Shown in pieces: positions 10,513 through 20,411 of a DNA stretch of 64,000 nt. A program made the position numbers and the translations under genes. This stretch comes from Candidatus Bathyarchaeota archaeon (GTDB lineage Archaea; Thermoproteota; Bathyarchaeia; Bathyarchaeales; Bathycorpusculaceae), in NCBI GenBank assembly GCA_963775895.1, contig CAVZKL010000013.1:1-64000 (forward strand), in the 5' to 3' direction. The number at the start of each line of letters is the position of its first letter. Within the stretch, counting starts at the first letter, position 1. The notes below the pieces were generated by a model. That model did no database searches, had not been told where the DNA came from, and was given only the letters and a program-made list of their open reading frames with translations.

Positions 10513-11514
10513 CTAGAAATGCTTTGCCAGGGGGCGCACTTTCAGTACGTCTTGGTTGACGAGGTTTGGGGGTTTCTTCCCTTCGAAGAAGTCTACCAGG
10601 TTTCCGGCAACCATTTCGGCCATTCTTGATCTGGTTTCAAGGCTTGCGCTCGATATGTGCGGGGCAACGACAATGTTGTCAAGTTTTAGGAGAGGATTGT
10701 CCATGGGTGTGGGTTCTTGTTCAAAAACGTCCAGTCCTGCGCCTGCGATCCATTTTTCTTTTAGGGCTTTGTACAAGGCTTTCTCGTCTACGACTGGGCC
10801 GCGAGAGTTGTTGATTATGTAGGCTGTTTTCTTCATCAGTTTCAGTCGTTGTTCGTTTATCAGGTGATGTGTTTCTTTCATCAATGGAACGTGAATTGTT
10901 ACGAAATCCGCTTGCTTCAAGAGTGTTTCAAGGTCGACGCTTTTTGCTCCGAGTTTCTGCATTTCTGGTCTCGGGATGACGTCGTAGAACAGGATTTTCA
11001 TGTCGAATCCGATTGCTCGTTTGGCCATGGCGTAGCCGATTCTGCCGGCGCCGACGATGCCTATGGTTGTGCCGAAGACGTCTCTTCCTGTGAGCATGGC
11101 GGGGTGCCATCCGACTTTCCACTGGCCGGTTCGGACGTATTTGTCTGCTTCAGCCACGCGTCTTGCGACTGCCATCAGAAGCGTCCACGCGAAGTCTGCG
11201 GTGGTGTCTGTGAGCACTTCGGGCGTGTTGGTGACATAGATTCCTCTTTTGGTTGCTTCCGGAATGTCTATGTTATCAAAGCCTACGGCTAATTGGGAAA
11301 CGATCTTCAGTTTTGGTGCTGCGTCAAAGACTTCGGCGTCGATCTTGTCAGATAGGAGCGTAGCGAGGGCGTCAACGTTCTTTGCTTTTTCTATTATCAC
11401 TTTTTTTGGTGGTGGAGCGTATTCTGGCCACACTTCAGTTTCGAAGTGTTCTTTTATTATCTTTAGACCTCTTTCTGGGAGTTCTCGAGTGACGTAGATC
11501 TTTGGTTTTGCCAT
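10513..11514 (-). CDS. gyaR: Glyoxylate reductase / D-glycerate dehydrogenase
   Basis: MAKPKIYVTRELP, NTPEVLT, GAGRIG, NNSRGPVVDE, PHISSAS. Confidence 0.85.
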   Translation of the reverse strand: MAKPKIYVTRELPERGLKIIKEHFETEVWPEYAPPPKKVIIEKAKNVDALATLLSDKIDAEVFDAAPKLKIVSQLAVGFDNIDIPEATKRGIYVTNTPEVLTDTTADFAWTLLMAVARRVAEADKYVRTGQWKVGWHPAMLTGRDVFGTTIGIVGAGRIGYAMAKRAIGFDMKILFYDVIPRPEMQKLGAKSVDLETLLKQADFVTIHVPLMKETHHLINEQRLKLMKKTAYIINNSRGPVVDEKALYKALKEKWIAGAGLDVFEQEPTPMDNPLLKLDNIVVAPHISSASLETRSRMAEMVAGNLVDFFEGKKPPNLVNQDVLKVRPLAKHF

Positions 11515-11611
11515 GTAAATCACTTCGTACAGGTTAGGTGGAATTCTTTATTAGCGTTTGACTTATTACAGTTACGCATCATCCTTGGCAACGGTCCGAG
11601 GAATTGTCGTC

Positions 11612-12988
11612 ATGATAGAGATAGAGAACAGGGAACAGTTGGTCAACAACGGTGGGACTCAGCTCGACAGGAAAGCGAGGGAACTTGCTTTGAGAGCTCT
11701 TGAAGCCGCGTTGAGAGCCGCTGACCCAAAGCAGATAGTTAAATCAAAGGTAGTGCTGAGAGACTCTGTCCTGAAAGTCGATGAGTATTCATTTGACCTG
11801 AAGAGGTTCAAGAGCGTCTATGTCGTGGGGGGCGGCAAAGCAAGCGGTTCTATGGCTGAGGCGTTGGAACAGGTTCTGGGCAGGCGCATAACCGCGGGAA
11901 TTGTGAATGTTTTGCATGGAAGTTCGAACAGGACTAGCGTTGTGAAGCTGCACGAGGCTAACCATCCTGTCCCCGATGAGGCAGGCGTGGAAGGAACGCG
12001 CAAAATGCTTGACCTTGCTGAAGCTGCCACAGCGGATGATTTGGTTATCTGTCTGATATCGGGTGGTGGCTCGAGTATGATGCCGCTGCCTCGCGGAGGA
12101 ATATCGCTGAGGGACAAGCGGCTGATGACTGACCTTTTGTTGAAGAGTGGAGCAACGATAACGGAGGTTAACACCGTGCGGAAGCACATTTCAGAGTTCA
12201 AGGGCGGTTGGCTTGCAAAGAAGGCTTATCCTGCCACTGTTTTGAACTTGATTCTGTCGGATGTTATGGGTGATCCGTTGGAATTCATCGCCTCAGGTCC
12301 AACGGTTCCTGATTCCACGTCGTTCAGTGATGCGATAGCCGTTTTGAGGAAGTATGGTCTGTGGGAGAGGGCTCCGTCATCAGTGGTCAAAGTGTTGTCG
12401 GATGGTGAGCGAGGGCTTATCGCCGAAACACCGAAGGCGAATGATGAGTGTTTTGAAAAAGTCTATAACGTTGTGATAGGGAACAATCGGCTTGCGAGTC
12501 AAGCGGTGTGCGCCGAGTTGAAGTCAGCGGGTTTGAACACGCTTCTGTTGACGTCGATGTTGGAGGGTGAGGCTAGGCACGTTGGAACGGTCTTGTCGTC
12601 GATAGTTCGCGAAGTCTCGGTTTCGGGCAATCCCGTTCATAAGCCTGGAGCCATAGTTGCTGGGGGAGAAACAACCGTGACGGTCACTGGGAAAGGGAGG
12701 GGGGGAAGAAATCAGGAGATCGTGTTGGCTGCAGCATTGAAACTTGCAGGTGCAGAGGGCGTGGTGGTTGCGTCCTTGACGACTGACGGCGTTGATGGAC
12801 CGACTGACGCTGCGGGAGCGTTGGTGGATGGAAAAACGCTTGTTAGAGCGAAGAAGATGGGGTTGGCCGTTGAGGGGTTTTTGGCGGATAATGATTCGTA
12901 CGATTTCTTTTTGAGGATGGGTGACCTTATTTTCACGGGGCCTACGGGTACAAACGTGAATGACATTTCGTTGGCTATTGTTCTGTGA
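11612..12988 (+). CDS. Glycerate 2-kinase (MOFRL family)
   Basis: GGGKASGSM, LISGGGSS, SDVMGD..IASGPT, GGETTV, GRGGRNQE, TGTNVND. Confidence 0.9.
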   Translation: MIEIENREQLVNNGGTQLDRKARELALRALEAALRAADPKQIVKSKVVLRDSVLKVDEYSFDLKRFKSVYVVGGGKASGSMAEALEQVLGRRITAGIVNVLHGSSNRTSVVKLHEANHPVPDEAGVEGTRKMLDLAEAATADDLVICLISGGGSSMMPLPRGGISLRDKRLMTDLLLKSGATITEVNTVRKHISEFKGGWLAKKAYPATVLNLILSDVMGDPLEFIASGPTVPDSTSFSDAIAVLRKYGLWERAPSSVVKVLSDGERGLIAETPKANDECFEKVYNVVIGNNRLASQAVCAELKSAGLNTLLLTSMLEGEARHVGTVLSSIVREVSVSGNPVHKPGAIVAGGETTVTVTGKGRGGRNQEIVLAAALKLAGAEGVVVASLTTDGVDGPTDAAGALVDGKTLVRAKKMGLAVEGFLADNDSYDFFLRMGDLIFTGPTGTNVNDISLAIVL

Positions 12989-13007
12989 GATTGGAAGGAA
13001 TGGCGTG

Positions 13008-13292
13008 ATGGTTGTCAGCGTCAAATTCGTGGGGTCTTTTCGCGGTTTTTCTGGAAGAAGTGGGTTGAGGATGAGGTTTGTGAAGTCGGTTTCGGTTGAG
13101 GTTGTGGTGAAGAAGGTTGTTGAAAAGCTGCCCGGGTTGGAGGCGGCTCTGATCGATTCCAGTTCGGGCGAGCCGAGGCGGAACGTGCTCGTGCTCGTGA
13201 ACGGTAGGGAGATCGGCGTTTTGGACGGTTTTGAGACGGTTGTTGCTGATGGGGATGAGGTGGTCTTCGTTCCCGTTGCGCATGGGGGCTGA
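13008..13292 (+). CDS. MoaD/ThiS ubiquitin-like (SAMP) protein
   Basis: VLVNGREI...DGDEVVFVPVAHGG with C-terminal diglycine. Confidence 0.85.
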   Translation: MVVSVKFVGSFRGFSGRSGLRMRFVKSVSVEVVVKKVVEKLPGLEAALIDSSSGEPRRNVLVLVNGREIGVLDGFETVVADGDEVVFVPVAHGG

Positions 13293-13296
13293 GGGT

Positions 13297-14050
13297 TTGA
13301 AGCTTTATCCGATTAAGACGCGGACCGTTAAAGTGGGTGATGGACTCGTTGAGCTGATTCTTGAGTCGTTGGAGGCTCAGGGATTAGCGTTGATGGATAA
13401 TGATGTTTTGGTTTTGACTTCGAAGGTTGTGTCTTTTTCGGAGGGGCGTGTTGTGAAGCTGAGTGGGGTGAAGCCTTCGGCGAAAGGCAGGAGGCTTGCT
13501 GTGCGGTATTGTTTGGAGCCGGAGTTTGCGGAATTGGTGGTGCGGGAGGCGGAGCGGGTTTGTGGTGGTGTTAAGAGGGCTGTTCTTACGTTGAAGCATG
13601 GGATCATGATTGCGAATGCGGGGATCGATAACAAGAATGCGCCTGCTGGGCACGTGGTTTTGTGGCCTGCGGACCCTGAGAAGATCGGTTGCAGACTTCA
13701 GAGAGGCTGTTCTGCGTGAGACTGGAAAGACTGTTGGTGTGATGGTGGTGGACAGTGGTTTGATACCGCTCAGGATAGGCACGATCGGTTTGGCGTTGGC
13801 TGTGGCTGGTTTCAGGCCGATCAGGGATGACCGGGGCCGGGCTGATATTTTCGGGAGAAAAGTGACGATTACGCGGCAGGCTGTGGCTGATGATCTTGCT
13901 TGTGCGGCACATTTGATGATGGGAGAATCATCGGAGAAGGTTCCTGCCGTGTTGATTCGTGATGCTCCCGTCGTTTTTGATGATGGTGTTTATGGTTCGA
14001 AGGATATGATGATGCCGTTTAAAGAGTGCTTGTTCATGAATGCGTTTTGA
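13297..14050 (+). CDS. cofE: Coenzyme F420-0:L-glutamate ligase (CofE-like), frameshifted near 13680
   Basis: SKVVS, ANAGIDNKN in the first frame; VVDS..RIGT.G, ADDLACAAHLMMGE in the second frame. Confidence 0.8.
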
Positions 14051-14282
14051 CAGACGCGTGCATTGTAGAGACACGGGAAGATTTTGGCGTCATCGCGGGT
14101 TGCGTCCGTTACGTTTTAATGGCTGTTTTTTCAGCCATTGTGTACCTCCCCTCCTCGGTTTCAATGTATCGTGAATATTAGGATCCAAATAGCCTTAACT
14201 TTTTTCTTCAAGGCTCTCAGACCCAAGAATCAAGGGGTCAAACTGGCTTAAAAAGAATATGTCGAAAGCGTAGAACAGCAAT

Positions 14283-14837
14283 TCATTTGGTTTTTGTCAG
14301 AACTCTTGGTTCTTTCCATTCTTCTAGGAGAATATCGTAGAGAGTTTTATCTCTCCATTCTCCTCTCACGAAACTTAGCTTTCGGATAGTTCCTTCTGCT
14401 TTAAAGCCTGCCTTCTCCAAAACCCTCTGTGCCACCTTGTTCTCCACATTCGCTTTTGCTTGTATGCGAACGATGTTTCTGTAGATGAACAGATTATCAA
14501 CCATTAACTGAACCGCTTCTACCCCGTATCCTTTCCCCCTTTCACTAGGAACCAAAAAGCAACCGAGTTCCATCGTCCCGTATGGTTGATTGGTAAATTG
14601 GAACATAAGCCCTATTTTGGTTCCGTCCTTCTTCTGAATTATGAACTTTTTCCACTCAATCAAATTTTCCAAGTAAGAACGAGGAGTATCAAACCATTTC
14701 ATCCATTCTGATTTCGACATCTGCCCAAAAAGAGGGTTGTTATATTCCGCCCAGAAATCTACGTCACCAAGACCAACTAGAAAATCAACATCCTCTTTCT
14801 CAATCACTCTCAGATTCACTAGTTTACCTTCAAGCAT
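14283..14837 (-). CDS. GNAT acetyltransferase, RimJ/RimL family
   Basis: MLEGKLVNLR, ERGKGYG, NKVAQRVLEKAGF.EG. Confidence 0.9.
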   Translation of the reverse strand: MLEGKLVNLRVIEKEDVDFLVGLGDVDFWAEYNNPLFGQMSKSEWMKWFDTPRSYLENLIEWKKFIIQKKDGTKIGLMFQFTNQPYGTMELGCFLVPSERGKGYGVEAVQLMVDNLFIYRNIVRIQAKANVENKVAQRVLEKAGFKAEGTIRKLSFVRGEWRDKTLYDILLEEWKEPRVLTKTK

Positions 14838-14855
14838 CTCAATTCACCAATCCTA

Positions 14856-15414
14856 TCAAGCGGTTTTCGTTAGTATTTTTGGTTCTTTCCATTCCTCTCT
14901 GAGGATGCTGAGGAGATAGACATCATTCCATACTCCTCTCACAAGCGCGGTTTTTCGCATAGTTCCTTCTATTTGGAAACCTACTTTCTTCAAAGTCTTC
15001 TGTGCCTCCTTGTTTCTTACATTTGTGGTTGTTTGTATACGAACAATGTCTTTGCTGAGAAACAGGTAATCAACCATTAGTTGAGTCGCTTCTGCTCCGT
15101 AATCCTTTTCCTCTCTCGCTGGGAACCAAGAAACAGCCAAATTCCATCGTCTCGTATGGCTGATTGGTAAATTGGCACATAAGCCCTATTTTGGTTCCGT
15201 CCTTCTTCTGAATTATGAACGGGTTGTCCATCACCGCTTTTTGAAAGTCGTTGGGATAATTATCAATCCATTGCGTCAAACCCCATTTTGGAATCTGCTC
15301 AAAAACAGGATGCGTGTATTCCCCCCAGAAATCTATCTGATTAAAACACGCAAATTGAAAATCAACGTCCTCTTTCTCTACCTTTCTCAAATTCACAAGT
15401 TTACCTTCAAGCAA
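14856..15414 (-). CDS. GNAT acetyltransferase, RimJ/RimL family; tandem paralog, frameshifted near 15100
   Basis: Two overlapping ORFs (15070-15414 and 14856-15140) join into a close paralog of 14283-14837. Confidence 0.8.
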
Positions 15415-15442
15415 CTCAACTCACCAATCATACGCTAACTTA

Positions 15443-15482
15443 CGGTTTGGCTATAACTTTTCCGCAAAACCAAAAACTGGCT
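15443..15482 (+). repeat. Cassette-junction repeat copy 1 (long form)
   Basis: CGGTTTGGCTATAACTTTTCCGCAAAACCAAAAACTGGCT. Confidence 0.9.
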
Positions 15483-15557
15483 ATATCCGTGTCAATGATT
15501 CTACCGAGAATTTTATCTGTCTGACGTGATAGACCTATCGAGAAGTGAGGGACGAAA

Positions 15558-16106
15558 ATGGGCTATCCAAGTGAATGGGAAAAAGTGTTCACGCTGAAGA
15601 ACGGCATGAAAGTTAACTTTCGACCTGAACAGTCTGGAGACACGGAAATGCTGTGGAGAATGTTCTCCACACTATCAGAGAAAAGCCTGTCGAACATGGT
15701 TGCTCCGTTCACTAGAGAACGAATAGAGGGATGGACAAGCAACATAGATTATGACAAAGTCCTAGCGATTGTTGCCGTAATTGAGGAGAAGAACGAGCAA
15801 CGAATTGTTGGCTCAGCATCACTTCTCTTTTACGAGCAGGAAACCTACAGACACAAGGGTGGGCTTGGGATTACTGTGCATGACGACTATCAAAACATGG
15901 GCATAGGCTCAGCAATGTTAAAACACCTGCTTAATATTGCCAGAATGAAAAAGCTCACAAAAATCTCTCTTATCGTAGATGCTGACAACGACAGAGCAAT
16001 TCACATTTACAAGAAAGCAGGTTTCGAAATAGAAGGAAAACTCCGCAACGAGAAATATCATAAAGGTCAATATAGTGACGAGTACAGAATGGCGATTTTC
16101 CTATAA
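15558..16106 (+). CDS. GNAT acetyltransferase
   Basis: GITVHDDYQNMGIGSAML, NDRAIHIYKKAGFEIEG. Confidence 0.9.
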   Translation: MGYPSEWEKVFTLKNGMKVNFRPEQSGDTEMLWRMFSTLSEKSLSNMVAPFTRERIEGWTSNIDYDKVLAIVAVIEEKNEQRIVGSASLLFYEQETYRHKGGLGITVHDDYQNMGIGSAMLKHLLNIARMKKLTKISLIVDADNDRAIHIYKKAGFEIEGKLRNEKYHKGQYSDEYRMAIFL

Positions 16107-16144
16107 ACAGCAACCGTCAGAAGCCACTAAGACTTGGTCCATTT

Positions 16145-16184
16145 CGGTTCGGCTATGACTTTTACGCAAAACCAAAAACTGGCT
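16145..16184 (+). repeat. Cassette-junction repeat copy 2 (long form)
   Basis: CGGTTCGGCTATGACTTTTACGCAAAACCAAAAACTGGCT, 37/40 identical to copy 1. Confidence 0.9.
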
Positions 16185-16210
16185 CATAAAGCCTTGATAG
16201 AGCAAAAAAA

Positions 16211-17197
16211 CTATGCGTATTTTCCGAGCTCACTAAGTGATGGCAAGATTACAGTATCACATATCTTATCCAATTTGGCTTGTCTAGCTATGGAAGTCCA
16301 CATCTTCTCTGTAACGACAATATCGCAATATGGTATAGCTAGAGTTAAGAACCATATGTCATTAAAGTCGTTCTTTGGTATAGGTCGTTGAAATTGCTGG
16401 TCACGTTGAAAGATTAGCGTGAAAAAACATAGAGCGGTCGGGATACTGCCAAGAAATTTATTTACGTCTCTCAGAGTCGGCTTTTCTGCAATGAAGAAAT
16501 GTTTAGGAAGATTGTATTCAATCGATATCTTTGCTAGTTCTGGCACAACGACAGCGAGGATATTTCTTGCCAAAAACACTCTTTTTCTCAGATTGTTGTC
16601 CTTTATTTCGCGTAGTTCCTGTCGAATTTTCTCCATCTCCTTGACTGGCTCCTCTAACCCTAGAATTAATGACTTGGGAAGACTCTGTTTTAGTAATAAC
16701 TCGATTGTTTTGGGTTCTTCCAATTTATCCAAGAGTTTCTTCTCAATCTCTTGGATAACCTCAGGACTTGCAAAGCCTTTCTTAAACACTAATTCGGGCT
16801 TTGCTCCGACTAAATGGGAAACCCCTTTTTTCAAAACAAAATCCCTTATGTTCACGGTAGGTAAAGCCACTTTCCTAAACACTATATTCTGAATTTCAGC
16901 TTCAATGACTTTCTCGACATATGGCTGTAATGCATAACCTTGTGATAGTTTTGCCATCAAGAAAGCTAGTTGGCTCTTACGTCTGCTACTTGCGATTTTC
17001 ATTGTCTCTTCGAAATGCGATATAGACAGAGGAAATATCAGTTGACCTTTCTCAGAGGATTGAAAGATTTTCCCTACTAGTTCTTTTTCTTCTTTTGTTG
17101 GTTGACCATAATACAATTTTGCGATATCAATCCAACATTTTTGGTCGAGGTAAACAATTTTGGTTGGTGCTCTTCCTTTTTCTGTTTTCTCCATCAC
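16211..17197 (-). CDS. Hypothetical protein with PIN-like nuclease signature
   Basis: IVYLDQKCWI...SISHFEE...NDFNDIWFL..AIPYCDIVVTEK: acidic residues in PIN-like order around a helical insert. Confidence 0.55.
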   Translation of the reverse strand: MMEKTEKGRAPTKIVYLDQKCWIDIAKLYYGQPTKEEKELVGKIFQSSEKGQLIFPLSISHFEETMKIASSRRKSQLAFLMAKLSQGYALQPYVEKVIEAEIQNIVFRKVALPTVNIRDFVLKKGVSHLVGAKPELVFKKGFASPEVIQEIEKKLLDKLEEPKTIELLLKQSLPKSLILGLEEPVKEMEKIRQELREIKDNNLRKRVFLARNILAVVVPELAKISIEYNLPKHFFIAEKPTLRDVNKFLGSIPTALCFFTLIFQRDQQFQRPIPKNDFNDIWFLTLAIPYCDIVVTEKMWTSIARQAKLDKICDTVILPSLSELGKYA

Positions 17198-17216
17198 AAT
17201 TTTAATTAGTTCTTTA

Positions 17217-17230
17217 GGTTCAGCTATAAC
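17217..17230 (+). repeat. Cassette-junction repeat copy 3 (left half only, overlaps the stop codon of 17224-17802)
   Basis: GGTTCAGCTATAAC. Confidence 0.75.
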
Positions 17231-17802
17231 CTAATCTCTTCTGAGCTGATAGTTCTTACAAGGTCTCTTGATTGAGCGTTGATGTTTATCTTGTCCAGAG
17301 ATAGTCTGTCGACAGTATCGAAACTGTTAATCTCTAGCGATTTTGCTTCTTTCAACGCTTGAGAAAACAATTTCGCATCGAAATTGTAAGTCTTAGGGTC
17401 CAGAACGTTGTACTCTGGCGTGTGCTTCACGAACAAACCCATCCCAATATGCGGAATGTACTCGATATCTCTCCTCAAGTGAGGTGAAAGGATGCCAGTA
17501 TAGAGGTCATCATGCAATGCGATGGCATTTCCATTTCCTTTTTTCAAAAGAAGAAATAGCCAGTAGTCCCAAGATTTCGCAAAGCCTTTCATTTGAATGG
17601 GGAAAGGTTTCCAATTCTTTAACACCGCTCTAATGTGTTTAACTAGCTTTGATTCTTCAACCTCGCTACATTGGACTGGAAACAAGAATGGTATGTGTGG
17701 TTTCAAAGAACCCACGTAAGGGTCATATTTCCTGCGAAACGCCTCGATACTTGCTTGTGTCTTCTTGTCAAACCTTGGATAATAAAGCAACACATAATGC
17801 AT
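17224..17802 (-). CDS. 2H phosphoesterase (2'-5' RNA ligase-like) protein
   Basis: RRKYDP..PHIPF and YIPHIGMG, degenerate HxT pair. Confidence 0.75.
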   Translation of the reverse strand: MHYVLLYYPRFDKKTQASIEAFRRKYDPYVGSLKPHIPFLFPVQCSEVEESKLVKHIRAVLKNWKPFPIQMKGFAKSWDYWLFLLLKKGNGNAIALHDDLYTGILSPHLRRDIEYIPHIGMGLFVKHTPEYNVLDPKTYNFDAKLFSQALKEAKSLEINSFDTVDRLSLDKININAQSRDLVRTISSEEIRL

Positions 17803-17877
17803 AATGAAAGAAGATAACGAGCTTTCTATTAAAACCTAATCCAGTCACTTTTGGTTCTCGATTCTGCCAAAACTTTG

Positions 17878-17916
17878 GGTTCAGCTATAACTTTTCTGCA
17901 AAACCAAAAACTGACT
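17878..17916 (+). repeat. Cassette-junction repeat copy 4 (long form)
   Basis: GGTTCAGCTATAACTTTTCTGCAAAACCAAAAACTGACT. Confidence 0.9.
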
Positions 17917-17970
17917 TAGAAGTGAATAGAAGAAAATTCTATTGTGGCTTGAGGCTCCCCAATTAAGCTG

Positions 17971-18639
17971 TTATTTTAACTCAAAAGTATGGATAGTCTT
18001 GAGTTTTGGATGTTTCTTGAATAAATGAGCGTTCACTAGCTCTATGGAATTAACAGTCATTTTTCCAAACTCTGTATCTCTCAGCTTTTCTAGGTAGCTG
18101 ATTAGTCTGGTGAAATCTTCGTTCTTCTGAAAATGCATTATGCTGATGTGAGGCAAAAAACTTGGATAGTCAAATTTCCTCTTTCTTATCTCGGGTATTG
18201 CTTGCAGTCTTCTATGTATCTCTTCAATTTTGTTCCCATCATGAACCTCCACAAATACAACATCTGGGAAAATGTTGAGTTTAGAAAGGAATACATCAAA
18301 TTTGCTGAATTGTTGTAAGACTTCTTTCGCTTGATTGATTATTCTCTGCAAGTTCTCAACCAAAATATCGTCTTCATATTCTTCTGATTTTGCCAAGAAT
18401 CCAAGCCCCATTACAGATATGTGAAAATAGTCTTTCGGGAAGGGAGCAACACAAGAAATAGTGGATACCCAACTCTGAATCTCAACTATCTTCTCAATCA
18501 GTCCCGCATCTCTAATCCTTACATGAAAAGTCAGATATTGATTTCTTCCTTTAGTCCATTCATTGTCAACCCAATATTTCGTTAGATTCAATTGGACGTT
18601 CTTTCTTCTTTCCCAAACATCTGTAAATCTGTCGCTCAT
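17971..18639 (-). CDS. 2H phosphoesterase (2'-5' RNA ligase-like) protein
   Basis: FHISV and PHISI (two HxS motifs). Confidence 0.8.
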   Translation of the reverse strand: MSDRFTDVWERRKNVQLNLTKYWVDNEWTKGRNQYLTFHVRIRDAGLIEKIVEIQSWVSTISCVAPFPKDYFHISVMGLGFLAKSEEYEDDILVENLQRIINQAKEVLQQFSKFDVFLSKLNIFPDVVFVEVHDGNKIEEIHRRLQAIPEIRKRKFDYPSFLPHISIMHFQKNEDFTRLISYLEKLRDTEFGKMTVNSIELVNAHLFKKHPKLKTIHTFELK

Positions 18640-18683
18640 ACATTCAATTGACAGTCTTTCTTACCTAAAGTCTTTTTGAACTA

Positions 18684-18717
18684 TGCGGTTCAGCTATAAC
18701 TTTTCCGCAAAACCGCA
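18684..18717 (+). repeat. Cassette-junction repeat copy 5 with extended inverted arms
   Basis: TGCGGTTCAGCTATAACTTTTCCGCAAAACCGCA (TGCGGTT/AACCGCA arms). Confidence 0.9.
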
Positions 18718-18777
18718 GGCGTGAAACCTAAAAACAAGAAGAAGAGACGGGAAAAGAAAGTGAGGTTGATATTTTTG

Positions 18778-19269
18778 CTACTCTTTGGTCTTTGCAGAAG
18801 GCTTCCTAAGCATTGAACCAGCGTAGAGCCCGATGAAAATGATGACGAAACCAATGATCGTAATAATGCTTACCATGACTGCCGAGTAGGCGGCATATTC
18901 ATAAGGTGTCCATCCACTCGTGGTGAACATGCTGTTTAAGTCCTGCGTGAACCAAGCACTTCCGTAGGCGTTGCATATCCAGACTGAATCGAATACCAAG
19001 ATCGTGAAGGCGGAGAGAACATCAATAACTCCTATTGCCTTGATTCTAGAGTCCTCTTGAATCTTCAGGGCAAAAACATAACCAACAACAAGTGAAGATA
19101 TGAGAACGGCAATAATGAAAGAAAGCATGTCAGCTAGCCTGTCATTATTCATTGATATTAATCCGACCATCAAGAATGCATTAAGGATTAACCCCAACAG
19201 AACCAAAGAAACCGTAGCTATAATCACGTTACCAAATTTCAACCAATCACCTCCCTCAGAATTAAACAA
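18778..19269 (-). CDS. Four-TM membrane protein; likely start TTG near 19242 after GGAGGTGA
   Basis: Four hydrophobic segments and a strong SD sequence. Confidence 0.7.
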   Translation of the reverse strand: MFNSEGGDWLKFGNVIIATVSLVLLGLILNAFLMVGLISMNNDRLADMLSFIIAVLISSLVVGYVFALKIQEDSRIKAIGVIDVLSAFTILVFDSVWICNAYGSAWFTQDLNSMFTTSGWTPYEYAAYSAVMVSIITIIGFVIIFIGLYAGSMLRKPSAKTKE

Positions 19270-19282
19270 TCAGATGTATTCT

Positions 19283-19310
19283 CGGTTCAGTTATAACTTT
19301 TCTGCAAAAC
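19283..19310 (+). repeat. Cassette-junction repeat copy 6
   Basis: CGGTTCAGTTATAACTTTTCTGCAAAAC. Confidence 0.85.
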
Positions 19311-19344
19311 TCCAATTATCACAATTTTGGTTTGAACGTAGAGC

Positions 19345-19770
19345 CTAGTTTTTCTTCTGGGTCTGGCTACAGGTGTAACATATTTTGTTGTGGACACAGA
19401 TTGTTCCGCCACAATTGGGGCATTTCCATCTTTCTTGTTCGTTTTTCAGGAATTGTTCGATACCGTTTGTCTGAATGTAATTGAGATTCTCAATCATACT
19501 CATTCCATACTTGTTTCTGTAACGCTTGTCAAGTGTTCTTAGATTTTCACATGGAAAGTCTGTGCATTCAAAACAATACTCAATCTGTTTAGTTGCCAAC
19601 TTATCGCACTTTTCCTTAATAAATGCACATTGGTTCTTCCTTGACCGACAGGTGTTACAGCGATGTTTTCTCTTTTTGCCTTTCATTGTATAGCCAAAAA
19701 AAGCTACACATATTCCACAGTTCATTCCGCACGGTGCGATTAATTCGGGCAGAAATTTCCCTTTTCGCAT
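19345..19770 (-). CDS. DUF3795 cysteine-rich protein
   Basis: APCGMNCGIC, CNTC, C..C, YCFEC.DFPC, W.CPNCG. Confidence 0.8.
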   Translation of the reverse strand: MRKGKFLPELIAPCGMNCGICVAFFGYTMKGKKRKHRCNTCRSRKNQCAFIKEKCDKLATKQIEYCFECTDFPCENLRTLDKRYRNKYGMSMIENLNYIQTNGIEQFLKNEQERWKCPNCGGTICVHNKICYTCSQTQKKN

Positions 19771-19837
19771 AAGATAGCCGAGTGATGAAACGCTATCTTA
19801 ACTATTTGGGTTTGGTGGGTAGAGTCTATCCGATTTC

Positions 19838-20383
19838 TCAAACGGTTTTTGTCAGTATTTTTGGTTCTTTCCATTCTTCTCTGAGGATGCTGTAGAGGTA
19901 GCTGTCTCTCCTCACTCCATTTACAGATTTTCTTATCGTTCCTTCCTTCGCAAAGCCTGCTTTTTCTAGCACTCTTTGTGAACCTGTATTCTTTATGGAG
20001 GTTTATGCTTGTATTCTGCTTACATCCATGGAAAGGAACAGATAATCCACCATTAGTTGAGCTGCTTCAGTGCCGTAGCCCTTACCCCTTTCGCTTTGAA
20101 CTACCATTTAACCTATTTCCAACAGTTTCGCTCCACCTATATACGAATTGTAGAAGGTTACATTCCCGATTCTAGTTCTATCTTTCTTCTCAATTATGAA
20201 CCCTCTTAATCCATCAGGAGCGCTGCGGTTTTTTTCAAACATCTTCTCCATATCTGTTCTTGAATCCTGTGTAGGGAAAGGCAAATACTCCCCTGTGAAT
20301 TTTGGGTCGTTCCACCATTCCGTAAGCAGTGGCAAGTCCTCTTTCTCCGTGACTCGGAGATTCACTTTCTTACCTTCAAGCAA
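19838..20383 (-). CDS. GNAT acetyltransferase, RimJ/RimL family, frameshifted near 20105
   Basis: MLEGKKVNLR N-half; the C-half in another frame ends YSILREEWKEPKILTKTV like its paralogs. Confidence 0.8.
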
Positions 20384-20411
20384 CCCAAATCACCACTAAG
20401 ATGATAGAAAT

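Noticed and set aside
14118-14139. AATGGCTG-T6-CAGCCATT hairpin, or a 9-codon minus-strand ORF with SD, as a distinct element
   Set aside because: Too short to support; may simply be a terminator region between convergent genes
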